A stretch of 63,307 nucleotides of DNA, counting the filler, from Pelomyxa schiedti (lineage: Eukaryota > Protista > Evosea), in the NCBI GenBank assembly GCA_020536535.1. It is 4 parts of 4 records of this genome, joined end to end, with 100 filler letters (N's around TTAATTAATTAA, not from the genome) between each part and the next. Parts side by side here need not be neighbours in the genome. Positions count along the whole stretch, not along the records: positions 47,901 to 53,808 come from JAHLWZ010000067.1; positions 53,909 to 63,307 come from JAHLWZ010000429.1; 2 more parts are not named here. The stretch is one strand, 5' to 3'. Each line of letters starts with the position of its first letter. Within the stretch, counting starts at the first letter, position 1. A model generated the notes under the pieces. The model was not told the DNA's origin. It made no database searches and saw nothing but the letters and a program-made list of their open reading frames with translations. Position numbers and translations under genes: made by a program. Positions 51,331 through 63,307 of the stretch are shown piece after piece.

Positions 51331-53655
51331 ATGAACGAGTGCCATTCGGGGGATGTTGTTGTTATTGGGCCAGGGGGCGTTGGTAAAACAGCACTCATAG
51401 AATCGTGAGAGTCGTTCTATTGATTGTGATTGCGACCTCTTACCTCTCAGGTAACGGCTAGGTATTGTAATGGACGATGGGGACCTTGTGACTACGACAG
51501 CGACTTGGAAATTGTGGTGGGTGCTTGAGTTCCTGCTTTTTTTTTTTTTTCCCCGGTCACTTGTGTGTGACCACCAAGTTAGTACAGAAAGCAACTGTCT
51601 GTGGATGGGGAAATTTACGTGCTGGGGTTCCAAGATACGTGTGTCATTCCTTTTGGTTTGTGCCCAACTCACTAGAGCTAGTTCTTCACAAGAAGACTTC
51701 AGACCCCTTCTGGATTCCACGTATTCTTAGCTCTTCTCTCAAACAGGCAAATGACTCTAGGCGCCAGAATTAACAGAGCAAATGTCATTCTTTTGTGCTT
51801 CTCACTTGATGACAGAAGAAGTTTTGACGAAGCTGTGGAAATGGATTTCCAACACATCAGAAGAGTAGTAGAGGTAAGCAATAAAATGAGAGTAACTTAT
51901 ATAAATCACTGAACTATTAAGAGTACAGTAGTCATACTGGTTGGCCTCAAATTGGATCTTGTAATTGTGCGCTTTTTTCGTAATTGCTTGCCCTTCCCTG
52001 ATTTTCTATAGGGTACTGACTCCTCCTGTGTGAGCTTCCAAGAGGCTGTTGTGTCAGCAATAAAAATCCAAGCATACGGTTACTTTCAATGCAGGTTTCT
52101 TTTTCTCCCTTGTTCTGGAAGTTGCAAATTTTTTCTCAAAGTGCCCGAGCCGATATTGGCCTGGACGACCTTTTCCAGGAGGTTTGCAGGGCAGGAATGG
52201 TTTCTCTGCCATCGGGCTCCACCACCGCCACTAAGAAATCTGGTTTCTTTGGGTGGTTCTCCAAGAAGCCGAAGAGCAACTTGTGGGTTGTATTGTTCTT
52301 ATTCAGGTTTTTTTATTTTCCAACAGTCAGCTCCGTGCTTCAAAAAGAGCAAAGATACCAGCAGCCAAGGTTCCGCAAACAACTTTATCTCTTATCCCAA
52401 ATGACATCTGGGTGGGTGTGTAATTATAATTTTACTTAATCGACCCAACCCTAAAGCACCCAGTTGTTATGGAATACCTCGATTTTCTGTCACTCATCCG
52501 AGTTTCTCGCACATGCAAGCAATTCTACCACCTCACGATGACAACCAAAAGACTATGGTTGAGTGCCATTCGTCGTCCTTGGAATTACCACGGTTTCGTG
52601 AAGGGACTAATTTGGAAGAATGCCTCATTCACATGGGACCCAGAAAAACGGTTCCATGTGTCCACATGTTCTACCCTGGTTTCGGCATCTTCGAGCCGCC
52701 ACCGGGTAAGGTTTCCGCACCTTTTCTTTTCTGTTAACTTATATTCCAAAAGTCCGATTCAGACGAGTTTGTTTGCTTTGGGCCGAATGCAACGATTCTG
52801 ATGTCAGAGGGACAGCAGTGCCCAATGAAACACCTACTGGTTGGTGATCGTGTTCTTGCATACTATGATGGCCGCGGCATTGCCCCGGCTGTTGTGCAAT
52901 GCATTTGGAAGTGTGTGACCATTCCCCCAAATTGAAGAAAATTACATTGCAATAGATGCCCTGTCCACAAATACATTCCAATGGTTACTATGAAGACCAA
53001 ATCATCCACAGAGCCCAGAAATGAGTCGGTGCTCGAAATCACACCCGATCATCCAATACTCCTTCTCACTGGCCCGCAAACGCAATCCCAGCAATCCCCG
53101 CAATCACCAATACAAAACGCTCCCCATTCCATCCAGAATCCACCACACACTCCCAACAACACCGGCACAACCAGGGAGTGGTGCCTCCCAACCACTCTTC
53201 GTGAACCGCACCTCACCTACGTGGAATATGTATATAACCTTGTCCTGGAACCGCAGCACCACTGTCCGGACCTCCAACAACAAGTCCACACCACGGCAAC
53301 CAACCAATTCCCATCCCCCAGTAATGCTTCAACTACATCAACAGAAACCCCAATCAGCCATCATCACATAAGCAAACACCAAGAACAAGGTGCAGTCATC
53401 ATAATGGTAACAAGTTGTGACCAATCCCCCCTTATCAACCCTCCAGTGGATTCTGTTTCAGAGCCTATTAGTACATCAGCATCATCACATGATGTACTAG
53501 CAGGTGTTGCATGCTGCACCCTTGGGATGAGTGTCCCAGGCCACCCTGATGACTGGTGGGGCACTGACAGTGTCATCCATTGGTTGCATTCTTCCCCCTG
53601 CTTCCCTTATGTCTGTGCAGTACCACCTCCCAATTCTCCTCCACTGAACACTTGA
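51331..53655 (+). CDS. Divergent Rho/Ras-like small GTPase - F-box - Hint (Vint-like) domain fusion protein
   Basis: G1 GPGGVGKT, G3 FQDT(S)SQEDF, G4 GLKLDL and G5 CSAR. F-box LSLIPNDIWHPVVMEYLDFLSLIRVSRTCKQF. Hint CFGPNATILMSEG...LLVGDRV, ITPDHP, VYNLVL and GVACCTLG. Splice phases are consistent at each domain junction. Confidence 0.8.
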
Positions 53656-53808
53656 AAAGTTTCTTTCTGTGGTTATTACTGTAAAATGATTTTTTTTTTG
53701 TGACGGAGCGTCGTGGTGCGACTTTTGTTGTTGGTGGCTGCCAACGAGTATCGGCACAGGTACTGTCACTTGCTTTGGCGTCGCACCCTCGTTGTGCAAT
53801 CTCCACCG

Positions 53809-53908
53809 NNNNNNNNNNNNNNNNNNNNNNNNNNNNNNNNNNNNNNNNNNNNTTAATTAATTAANNNNNNNNNNNNNNNNNNNNNNNNNNNNNNNNNNNN
53901 NNNNNNNN
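53809..53908. other. Artificial contig linker
   Basis: N-TTAATTAATTAA-N. Confidence 0.95.
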
Positions 53909-54219
53909 CTGCCTCTGTTGCAGCACAATCCCATTCAGGTTGTCATGACAACCAACAGGACCAGCAACAACAATGGATGTCCAGCAGCACGCCCACAGGA
54001 GGGACTGTGATGATGTGCATTGAATGTGATGAGAGGCCATCAAATGTGCAGTTGCAGCCTTGTGGACACCTGGTGTTATGCTCTCAGGTCCGTGTGTTTT
54101 CTTTTATCCTTTTGTGTTTGCTGATAACACACAAACAAAACCTGGTGTAGTGTGCTGCAGCTGTGAGGAAGTGCCCCCACTGCCGGGTCGTGATCAGAAC
54201 TAAAATTCAAATACCCTGA
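53909..54219 (+). CDS. C-terminal fragment of RING-finger (C3HC4) protein
   Basis: CIECDERPSNVQLQPCGHLVLCSQ, intron, CAAAVRKCPHCRVVIRTKIQIP*. Confidence 0.8.
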
Positions 54220-54952
54220 CCCACAGTGTCACTGGTACTGTTAGGGGACTTGGGGTAAAATACAAAAAACACCAGTTTCCTATGTGACAACAAGAACAAC
54301 ATGATCGAGGGCACACTCCTCGTTTTTCTCCCACCAAAAGCATGGTCACACGACGTTCAGAACGAAACCCAGGCCCCAAGTTGGCGGGAAGTGCGCAGCC
54401 CAGGTGGTTCAACGGTTCGTAGGTTGTTTTCAGGATACACAAAGGCCGAGAAAACCACACACATGCAGAATCCTTCCTCGAAGATCTATTCCTCTCGAAC
54501 TACACTGCGTGGTACCAGATCAACAGAAACCCACGATTATTTATTATTATCTCTTTCTTTGTTCTTCACAAACTTAGTGGCTCCAACGGCATTCAATGAA
54601 ACAGATTGTTGTGAAATAGCCATCCACGAAATCGCTGTGGTTGTCACTCAGATCCGGCGAGCCCTACGTCTGCACACAAAATCGAATTTTTGGTGCACCG
54701 ACATTTTTACGACACCTGGGGCTGGTACGAGTTTCGTCTCTACTTGAACTAGCTGTTTTACCACCTGTCCTTTGTTTTTATTCTCACATCAGATAGAAAT
54801 TTTATGAAAGTATACACAATTTTCTGCATTTCCAGCACCACACTGTGCTTCCCCTCCCACAGAAAAAAAAAAACCAATATAAATATAATATGTATAAAAA
54901 CCAAAGGACAGTCTGCTAATTATCAAAGTGCGCTCACTGTCACAATTTGGCT

Positions 54953-56449
54953 CTACAAATGAACTTTGTCTTTGATGAGGGAGCGACATTCAGGGCACTT
55001 CTTCATGGCTGCTGCACACTGTGTGGTTGTTTTCGTACATTGAACAGTGATAAAGGGGAACAAACCTGAGAGCATGCAACAACATGACCACAAGGCTGCA
55101 GCTGCACGTTTGGTGGCCTCTCATCACATTCAATGCAAACGTTGTTGTCATTGTGATTTGGCATTGATGATGAATGAGAGGTGGGTGACAATGAGGATGT
55201 GGCTGTGCACCCAGGAAGAGTAGTTGCTGCTCTTGGTTGTTGGCTAGTATGAGTATTGTTCTGGTAAAAACTAGGAGCTGCACCAGGAGAGGCAGATGAT
55301 GATAACGTAGCCTTGGAAACAATGAGATCGAACATGGCTTGTTGAGCCTGAGGGAGCAACTCGGAGAGCATTGACCACACACAAGGCATCCCAATGAACT
55401 TCTCATCACCTTCCAAACCTTGCTGGATCTCCCACTTTCCCTTGTGTTCCCTCTGAAGCTCTGAGCATTCTCTCTGTGTCTCCTCGATCGCCTTTCGGAG
55501 TGTGCCTCCAAGTGTTTCCTGCTCTGACAGCTCCTTTGACAGCACCGTGTGTTTGTTGGCGAGCTTTGTGCACTCCTCAAACTGGCACCTCTGGAGTTGT
55601 GCGAGTGTGTCTGAGAGAGTGCACAGCAACTGGAATGGTGGTGTGAATGTATCATCACGTTGATGAAGCTGTGGTTCATTCACAGTCAGAAGAGGTTTCA
55701 TCAGAATGTCATCCACTGTGTTTTCATCACTCCCTGTGTTGTTTGTTTTACCTCCTTCTTTTAGAACATGAAGGCTGTTCTTCCTTTCTGATGTTGACGT
55801 AGTCAAAACCTTTTTTGTGAGTGTTGAAATGTTCCTTGAGCACTCCTGAATCTCAGACTCACAGTTCTGCACCGTCAGTGTCTGCCCAAGGAGCTTTTTG
55901 CATGCATCATCTGATTCATTGAGTTTCGTCGCCAATGTGGCCTTCAGCTCAGTGAGCTCCCTCAGCCGTGATGTCAGTGCCGTGTTGCTTTCAGTGGCTC
56001 CTTGGAGTGTCTGGTTCAGATGTTCTAGTGATTCCTCAAGCAAGACAAACTCAGATGATGATTTGTGCAACTGGGACTGGAAGAGGGTGGTCAATGCGAA
56101 AGCTTCCTTCAGTTCAGGATGTGCCTTCCCCATCCTTACAGAAATTTCCTCCAACGCTTGAAGTTGGTCTTGCAGTTGTTGGCGCTTTTTGTTCACCTCG
56201 TTGAGTTGCTCAGCATGTTGTTGGTTGTTTCTTTCTGTGACTTTCTGTTGAAAAGAATACACATGAAAATTGATGGCAATGTAAGACTGACACAAACCTG
56301 CCACTCCTTTTCAGTTGCTTGCATTTCTTCCATCTTAGACTTGAGATCACTTTTTTGCTTGGTGTGTTCGTTTCTCAGCTTCTGATATTTTTTTTGTGTG
56401 TGTGTTGAACACAAAGGGATCAGCCACATCCAACCTATCCACACCAAAG

Positions 56450-56531
<82 letters not shown>

Positions 56532-57518
56532 CAGCAAAAGACTCCATACTTCAATTCGTTGATGGTGTTCAAACTGTGGCAACGATCCCATTTTATGTTG
56601 CACTTCCGAATTCCCACTTTGGAGGAGGTTGTTGTTGAGGGAGCCCTTCAGGACAGATGCTTGTGACAGCGTTGCAACACCCTCACCACGGCACTCCCAT
56701 CCACTCTCATTACCACCATTTTGTGTGAATGTTCCTTCAAACAGGTCACCATTTGGCCACTTCCTCATTCCCTTGATTGGGACTCCATTCACCCACAACC
56801 CAGTGAATGATGATCCATCCCTTGACCACGTCTTGGTTCCATCACCGTGCTCCTTCCCCTGCACCCACTGGCCATCATACCTGTCACCGTTTGCCCACAG
56901 CCTCACACCCCGACCATGGAACGCGTTGTCCTTCCACCCACCAACGTAACTCCCACCCTTGCTGTTGTTGCCTCCATCGCCACCACCACCAAACAGGATA
57001 CTCCCTGTTCCACATTTCATGCCGTGATCAAATTGACCACGGTAGATGTCACCCGAGCCATCAGGTGACCTCCACGTTCCCACACCGTGCCACTTGTGAC
57101 TGTCCCACCCACCCTCATACACTGTCTCCATGCCTGTGGCCCCCCCCTTGGTTGTCGTCCTCCTTTGCACACCCCACCCCTGCATCTCATTCAATTTTTT
57201 CGTTGCGTTCCACGCCCACTCGCCGTCCTTCACGTCCACACTGTTAGCGTGGTGCCACGTTCCCCTTTTCAAGTGGTTTTCCCGCCATAGCCCCTCGAAC
57301 CAACAACCATCAGCCTGGAGGTACACACCCCACCCGTCCCACTTGCCAACGTGCCACTCCCCTTCGTACTTCGCTCCATTGGCCCACTTCTGCACACCTC
57401 TGCCATGTTGCACGCCACCTCTCCACTCACCATCGTACATTCCACCCTTTGCACCGTGGCACGTGCCTGTGCCATCCCATGTACCATTAACCACTCGGCC
57501 TTTGTACGTTACCGCCAT
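54953..57518 (-). CDS. MORN-repeat + coiled-coil + C-terminal RING (putative E3 ligase)
   Basis: MORN array at 56700-57518, coiled coil, and CIECDERPPNVQLQPCGHVVACSQ/CAAAMKKCPECRSLI; start codon uncertain. Confidence 0.85.
56450..56531. repeat. (GAAA)n microsatellite in intron
   Basis: Direct reading. Confidence 0.95.
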
Positions 57519-57748
57519 GAATTCTATGTTAACAACCACACCAGCCACACTCGGCGACAGCATTAAAAGGAAGTAACTTGGATGATCAACTGTACGGAAA
57601 GGAGAGTCCACCCTCCCATTGTTCAGTTGCTCTGAACAATTGCCCTGATGGTGGGTTCATTCTCCTTTGGTTAGGTTCAACGGCACCTGAGGAATTGGAG
57701 CTTCTGCTCAAGGAACCATCGCAAATCAGCTGTCACTTCAGAGAAAGA

Positions 57749-60086
57749 ATGTTTTCCACAAGGACACTGCAATTTTCAGTGCCGGGCCACCCCCATACTT
57801 TGCAATTTAAGCACGCATCCACAGATTGGTATTGTGATGTGTGCTTTGCTGAGTTCTCTTCTGGTTGGTACAGTTCATGCTTTTTTTTTTTTCAACGTCT
57901 TCTGTTCAGGTGACTCATCGTTTAGCTGCGATATGTGTCAATATGATATGTGTGGTGATTGTTTTTCTGCTGGTAGTGGGCCTTTTTTTCCTTGTGAATT
58001 TCATTTTAATTGCAGTTTAGTTATTTCCTATCACCCTCGACACCCACATCCCCTTGAACAACTTAATTCTAGCTGTGGTTGGAGATGTGATGTGTGTACC
58101 ACATATTCCCCTGGGGGATTCCGTTACCACTGTAAACAAGGATGTGACTGGGACGTGTGCTCTAGTGTGTCAAAGTGTTTACAACAAAATTATTAACTCG
58201 AAAAAAGAATGCCTGATGCATCCATCTACATCAGTAAAGGAGGGGCCTAAGAACCCCCAGCTCAGAATCCAACAGCTGGAGGAACGGGTGAAGTCATTGA
58301 ATTCAAAGTTGTCAGCAGAAATTGAAGAGCTGGAGGCAAAATTGAATTTCTGCAATGCAGAACTGGAAAAAGAACGAACTATGGCAGCAAAGCTAAATGA
58401 AGAAGTAGAAGCATTCAAAAAAGGCCGGGAAGTGTGTAGTGCCCTGACTCTTTTCCAAAAGTTTCTGAAATTCAAAAAGAAAGAGTACATGAAAGAAAAA
58501 AGTGAACTGGAGGCAAAATTCCGTGAAGAACTGAAAGCTTCCAGAATGGAGTGTGAGGTGTGAGTTCGTTTTTGTTTGGTTTTCACACATAAACCAACAA
58601 ACTTCACGCAAACAAAACAAAAAAAACAGAAACTGAGAGCAGAACACGCAAGAGAAAAAATTATGTTCAAGACAAGACAGGATGATGAAATGAAAGCTGC
58701 AAAAAAACAGTGGGAGGTGTGTGACTCTGTGGAGCAATTACTGCCTCTCTGATTATTTTCAAGCAAATCACAAGAGCTCTTAACCAGCAGCACCTTGAGG
58801 AGCTCAACCAAATGAAAAAAAAGCTCCAACAACTACAAGAACAACTGCAAAAACAAGAAGAGGAGCACACATCAATTGCGCTAATAACAGCATTCCCTGA
58901 ACTGAATGAAGCCTTCAAATTAGCGTCTATACTGCAAGCTCAGTTGAAGACCTCTGCACCAGAGTTTATCTTGCTTCAGAAGTCACTGGAAAGGTTGACC
59001 AGAAACCTTCAGGGAGCCTCCAAAAACAATGAAGAACTTGCATCACATCTGAGGGCACTCACGGAGTTGAAGGGTACCCTGAAGAAGCAAGTCATCAAAT
59101 CAGATGCAACCTGCAAGAAGATCCTTGGGCAGACTCTTACGGTTCAGAGCAGTGAGGCAGAGATTCAGGAGTGCTCAAGGAACATCTCATTGTTGACAAG
59201 GATGTGGGGGATGAAGGGCTTGACAGACAAGAAGAACAGCATTGATGTTCCCACAGCAGGTAAAAAAACCACCAACCAAGCCACAGTGTAATTCATTTCA
59301 ACAAACAGAATGTCCAGACACACCCCCGAAGCCTTTGACTGTGCCTCTCCAAGCTCATTACGATGAACCATGCACACCACCCTTCCAGGTGCTGTGCACA
59401 CTCACAGACACACTGGCACAGCTCCAATCCTGCAGATTCGATGAGTGCACAAAGCTTGCTGACAAACACACGGTACTGTCAAAGGAGCTCTCAGAGCAGA
59501 AAACACTTGGATGCACACTCCACAAGGCAATTGAGGAATCACAGAGGGAGTGTGCTGAGCTTCAGAGGGAACACCAGAGCAAGTGGAAGCTTCTGCGAGG
59601 GCTGGAGGGTGACGAGAGGTTCATTGGGATGCCTGAGGTGTGGTCAATGCTCTCTGAGTTGCTCCCTCAGGCTCAACAAGCAATTTTGGATCTGGTGGTT
59701 TCCAAGGCTTCTTCGGGCCGTTTTTCCACCAACAACAGCAACTGCAATAAGTCACCGACAGCAGGGACTCTCCCAGGGTGCACAGCCTCACCTGCTGTGG
59801 CACCAGAGAACACCCCACTTGTGTGCTCGGTAAGCAGCAGTGACATGATGCAGATGATGTGCATTGAATGTGATGAGAGGCCACCAAACATGCAATTCCA
59901 GCCTTGCGGACATGTGGTCCTGTGCTCTCAGGTATGCTTCAATGTGTTTTTTGTGCCGATTGTGTTTGTGGCATTTTTCCTTCTTTGCATTAACACCTAA
60001 CAACAAAACAACAGTGTGGAGCAACAGTGAGAAAGTGCCCCCACTGCCGTGTACCAATCAAAACTAAAATCCACATTTTCCCTTAA
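57749..60086 (+). CDS. Two C1/DC1-like (HPHxL..CxxC..CxxC) zinc fingers + coiled-coil + RING
   Basis: HPHTL...WYCDVC...CDMCQYDMCGDC and HPHPL...WRCDVC...YHCKQGCDWDVC. The C-terminal half is paralogous to 54953-56260, with RING CIECDERPPNMQFQPCGHVVLCSQ/CGATVRKCPHCR. Confidence 0.82.
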
Positions 60087-60129
60087 AACGACTTTGATTT
60101 TAAGCTTTTCGTGCGTTCAGAGTGGAGAT

Positions 60130-63100
60130 TTAGGGGTGGTTTGTATTGATAAATGTGAGTACGGTGTGGGCGAGTGTTGTGACGTTGTCAGGGGGTGAGA
60201 ACATGGTCCAGTGGTCACCCGGTGTCGTGGCGCTGCCGAGCGACAGCGTTGCCCTGCCCTTGTCCTCCGGCTGCGGCGGCCTGTTCGACAGCCTGGTCAG
60301 CGTGTTGGTCCACGACTTGGGTGCAGTGTCGAGCTGCAGCAGTGACCTCACGAACTCGTCGTTGTTGGAGGCCCACACTGTAAGAACCGGAACATTCCAC
60401 AGTTCAAGGCTGGAAGCCGATTCTGGAGTCCCAGCTGATGATGATGATGACGATTCTGATGATTGGAGGAGCAGGCTGTCGACTAGGGGCAGTGCTTGGT
60501 CGGTGAGGTGGATGTCCTGCATGAGGTTCTTCACGAGGTCCTGGGCTACCTGGCGCTCCTGGGCGGTCTCGTACTTGCACGCCGCGAAGAAGTGGTCCCA
60601 CTTGGCTTTCTNNNNNNNNNNNNNNNNNNNNNNNNNNNNNNNNNNNNNNNNNNNNNNNNNNNNNNNNNNNNNNNNNNNNNNNNNNNNNNNNNNNNNNNNN
60701 NNNNNNNNNNNAGTGCTTGGTCGGTGAGGTGGATGTCCTGCATGAGGTTCTTCACGAGGTCCTGGGCTACCTGGCGCTCCTGGGCGGTCTCGTACTTGCA
60801 CGCCGCGAAGAAGTGGTCCCACTTGGCTTTCTCGTCCGGGAGCACCTTCAGCTCGGCCCGGAGCGCCGCGGCCGCGACGCCGGACATGCGGCCCTGGCCG
60901 CGGACAAACAGGCACATGGAATCCTCCACGTTGCTGGCTGATTTGTCCTGTTGCCATTTGTTGTTAGTGTTATGGGGAGTGAAATCGGGTGGGGGGAGAG
61001 GGTGTTTTGCATACGGAAACGTGGGTGGCGTCGATCAGAACAAGGGATTCGACTTTGTGGCCCATGGAAATGAGCTTGGTGGCGACGAGCTGTCCCACAA
61101 TCCCACCGGCCGAGTGCCCGACGATCGTGTAGGGCTCTTTGCAAGTGGCCAATATTGCTGCGATGTTGCTGTTGACAAGTGCGGTGAGGTCCGTGACATT
61201 GTATCCTCGTTGTACAACGTGTACAGCCTAGTTTCCATCAGTTATTTATATAATCAAGTTGTTTGAACAGTATAACTGAGGTTATAGCTATTTTTAATTA
61301 AATTGGCATAAAAAGTGTACCCAATTCTCCATCAGTGGGGCAAAGCTCGAAAATATAGTCTGATTTCCACCGGCTGGTGGGAACAAGAAGACGTGTTTCT
61401 TGGAGTCAGGGTTGGTCATTGTGGTGATGACTGATGCTTCTTCCACTGGCTTGGCGGTTGTTTCTTGAACTCCGGAAGAGGAAGACATGCCTTCCATCTG
61501 AGTAACAAGAGCCAGCGCAATCTGGTTTACAGATGTTAAGATCAGTCTTGTTTATTTTATTTGTTTACGATTGCGGCGTTACCTTGGAAATTGGAGGGCC
61601 GCCCATCAGCAAGACAATGGAGATTGGGATACCGACTTCCTGCTCAAGTTTTGCACGAACTTCCACAGCCACCATACTGTCTAATCCCATGTCGGTAAGT
61701 GGCTTGTTAACATCAACCTGATCCTGCATTTATGTCAGGTTTTCACTTATACAGATGCTCTCTCCATACGGGTTTGAATGATAGGACAGTAGAAATTGTT
61801 TCGACAATGCGCCGTTGCATCATTTCCAAACGCTGAGTCCCAGCAGGGAGTGCAAGCATCTTCTGCATGAATAACTTTCCAGCTGAGGACTGGGCACCAG
61901 CAAGTTTCACAACGTTCTGGAACCTGTTTAGGTGTGAGAAAGTGTCTTCCGATCCGAATTTGACTTACCTTGGGTTCTGGCTTGTGGGGGAGAATGCAGC
62001 CCATTGTGCCCAGTCGATTCGGACAACAGCAATGTGTGGTGGGAGAGGGGTATTGGTGAAAATGAGTGACCCAAGCAGGTCAACAACTTCAGAGGAACTG
62101 AGTATCACCAAGCCTGAGTAACATGTCAGAGGTGCCAAATTACTTTTTTCAAAGTATACCTTGGGCCTGCATTCCTCTGCGAACGTTTTCAGGTAGTTTA
62201 GCCGTCATACCAGCAAGAATTGGACCCCAGTTGATAGATAAGCAAGGAAGACCCATCTTTCTTCTCTTGTGGGAGAGTCCATTCAAGAAAGAGTTACCTG
62301 CGGCATAGTTTGCTTGTCCTGAAGGAATTGAGCTGTACCAAAGCAAAAACCATGTAAAAACCTGGGGCACCCATTTCGGCAGCAATGGAACCGAAAAGAA
62401 CGAAGAATGACAGAGGTGTTTTCAGCTTCAGTGAGGCTAGGTGCAGATTCCAAGCACCAGACACTTTAGGGGCAAGAACTTTGTTCAGCCTATCCCGTGT
62501 AAGGTCCTTGACAAAATAGTCGTCAACAAAGCCAGCGCAATGCATTATTCCTCCAATTGGTGCTATTGCAGTTAGCTCTGCGAATAATGAGTCCACAGCA
62601 GTAGGATCGGTGATATCACCTGAAAAGCATCAGTGGGTTGAATTATGTGTTGTTGTTGGTTGTTGGNNNNNNNNNNNNNNNNNNNNNNNNNNNNNNNNNN
62701 NNNNNNNNNNNNNNNNNNNNNNNNNNNNNNNNNNNNNNNNNNNNNNNNNNNNNNNNNNNNNNNNNNTATTCCTCCAATTGGTGCTATTGCAGTTAGCTCT
62801 GCGAATAATGAGTCCACAGCAGTAGGATCGGTGATATCACCTGAAAAGCATCAGTGGGTTGAATTATGTGTTGTTGTTGGTTGTTGGTTGTTGGTTGTTG
62901 GGTTGTTGTTTGTTTGTTGTTGTTATTGTTGTACATCGGTGGATGGAAATGTTTGCTCCTGCACTCCGAAGTCTGTTTAGAACTTCTGTTGGTTCCCGTG
63001 CAAAAGGTAAATCAACCAAAGCTATTTTGGTTGCCCCGTGCCAGCACATCCATTGTGCCACAGATGTACCAAGAGCCCCCAAGCCTCCGGTTAGCTAACA

Positions 63101-63307
63101 CCAAGTCAAAACCACATCCAAGAAAGAAGCTTCATACCATGTAAATAGCATCTGAATCAAAGCTAGTTGGACAGGTGTCTGTTGCGTGAACTGTCGATTC
63201 AAGATCAACAGTGACGAGTATCTTGCCAATGTGATTGGCTGCGGCCATAAGTCGGAAAGCATGGACCGCATCTGTGATTGGGAAAGCAGTGTAGGGTATT
63301 GGCTTGA
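60130..63307 (-). CDS. Type I polyketide/fatty-acid synthase C-terminal part (ER end - KR - ACP - thioesterase); 5' part outside window
   Basis: ER end [52 protein letters not shown] and [36 protein letters not shown] and DHWTM. Confidence 0.93.

Noticed and set aside
48554-63307. Methyltransferase + PKS biosynthetic cluster
   Set aside because: Separated by a contig linker and by unrelated genes

Overview
Eukaryotic draft-assembly DNA: gene-dense, with short GT-AG introns of about 45-100 nt and MORN, Sel1 and RING family expansions. This style suggests an amoeboid or other protist, which is an inference only. The window is at least four unrelated contigs joined by artificial N-TTAATTAATTAA-N linkers (18367-18466, 47801-47900, 53809-53908), and it also contains five ~100-N scaffold gaps. 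Recognisable genes are an ankyrin-repeat protein, a seven-HMG-box protein, a USP4/15-like deubiquitinase, NAD(P)HX dehydratase, a D-Ala-D-Ala-ligase-like ATP-grasp enzyme, a MORN-kinase, a Sel1-repeat protein, a SAM methyltransferase, a Rho-like GTPase-F-box-Hint(Vint) fusion, MORN-RING and zinc finger-RING paralogues, and the ER-KR-ACP-TE end of a type I PKS/FAS. A dispersed non-coding repeat family is also present. The standout is in the ankyrin gene. What looks like a 101-bp intronic minisatellite (1166-2531) reads on the minus strand as 13 tandem units of [~98-nt GT...AG intron + one 3-nt sense codon]. Four more non-repetitive single-codon candidates and 9-nt and 6-nt microexons flank it. 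All are phase 0 and all fall in the beta-hairpin loop between two ankyrin repeats. This is a candidate splicing-based system for diversifying an ankyrin binding loop one residue at a time. It has no transcript support yet.
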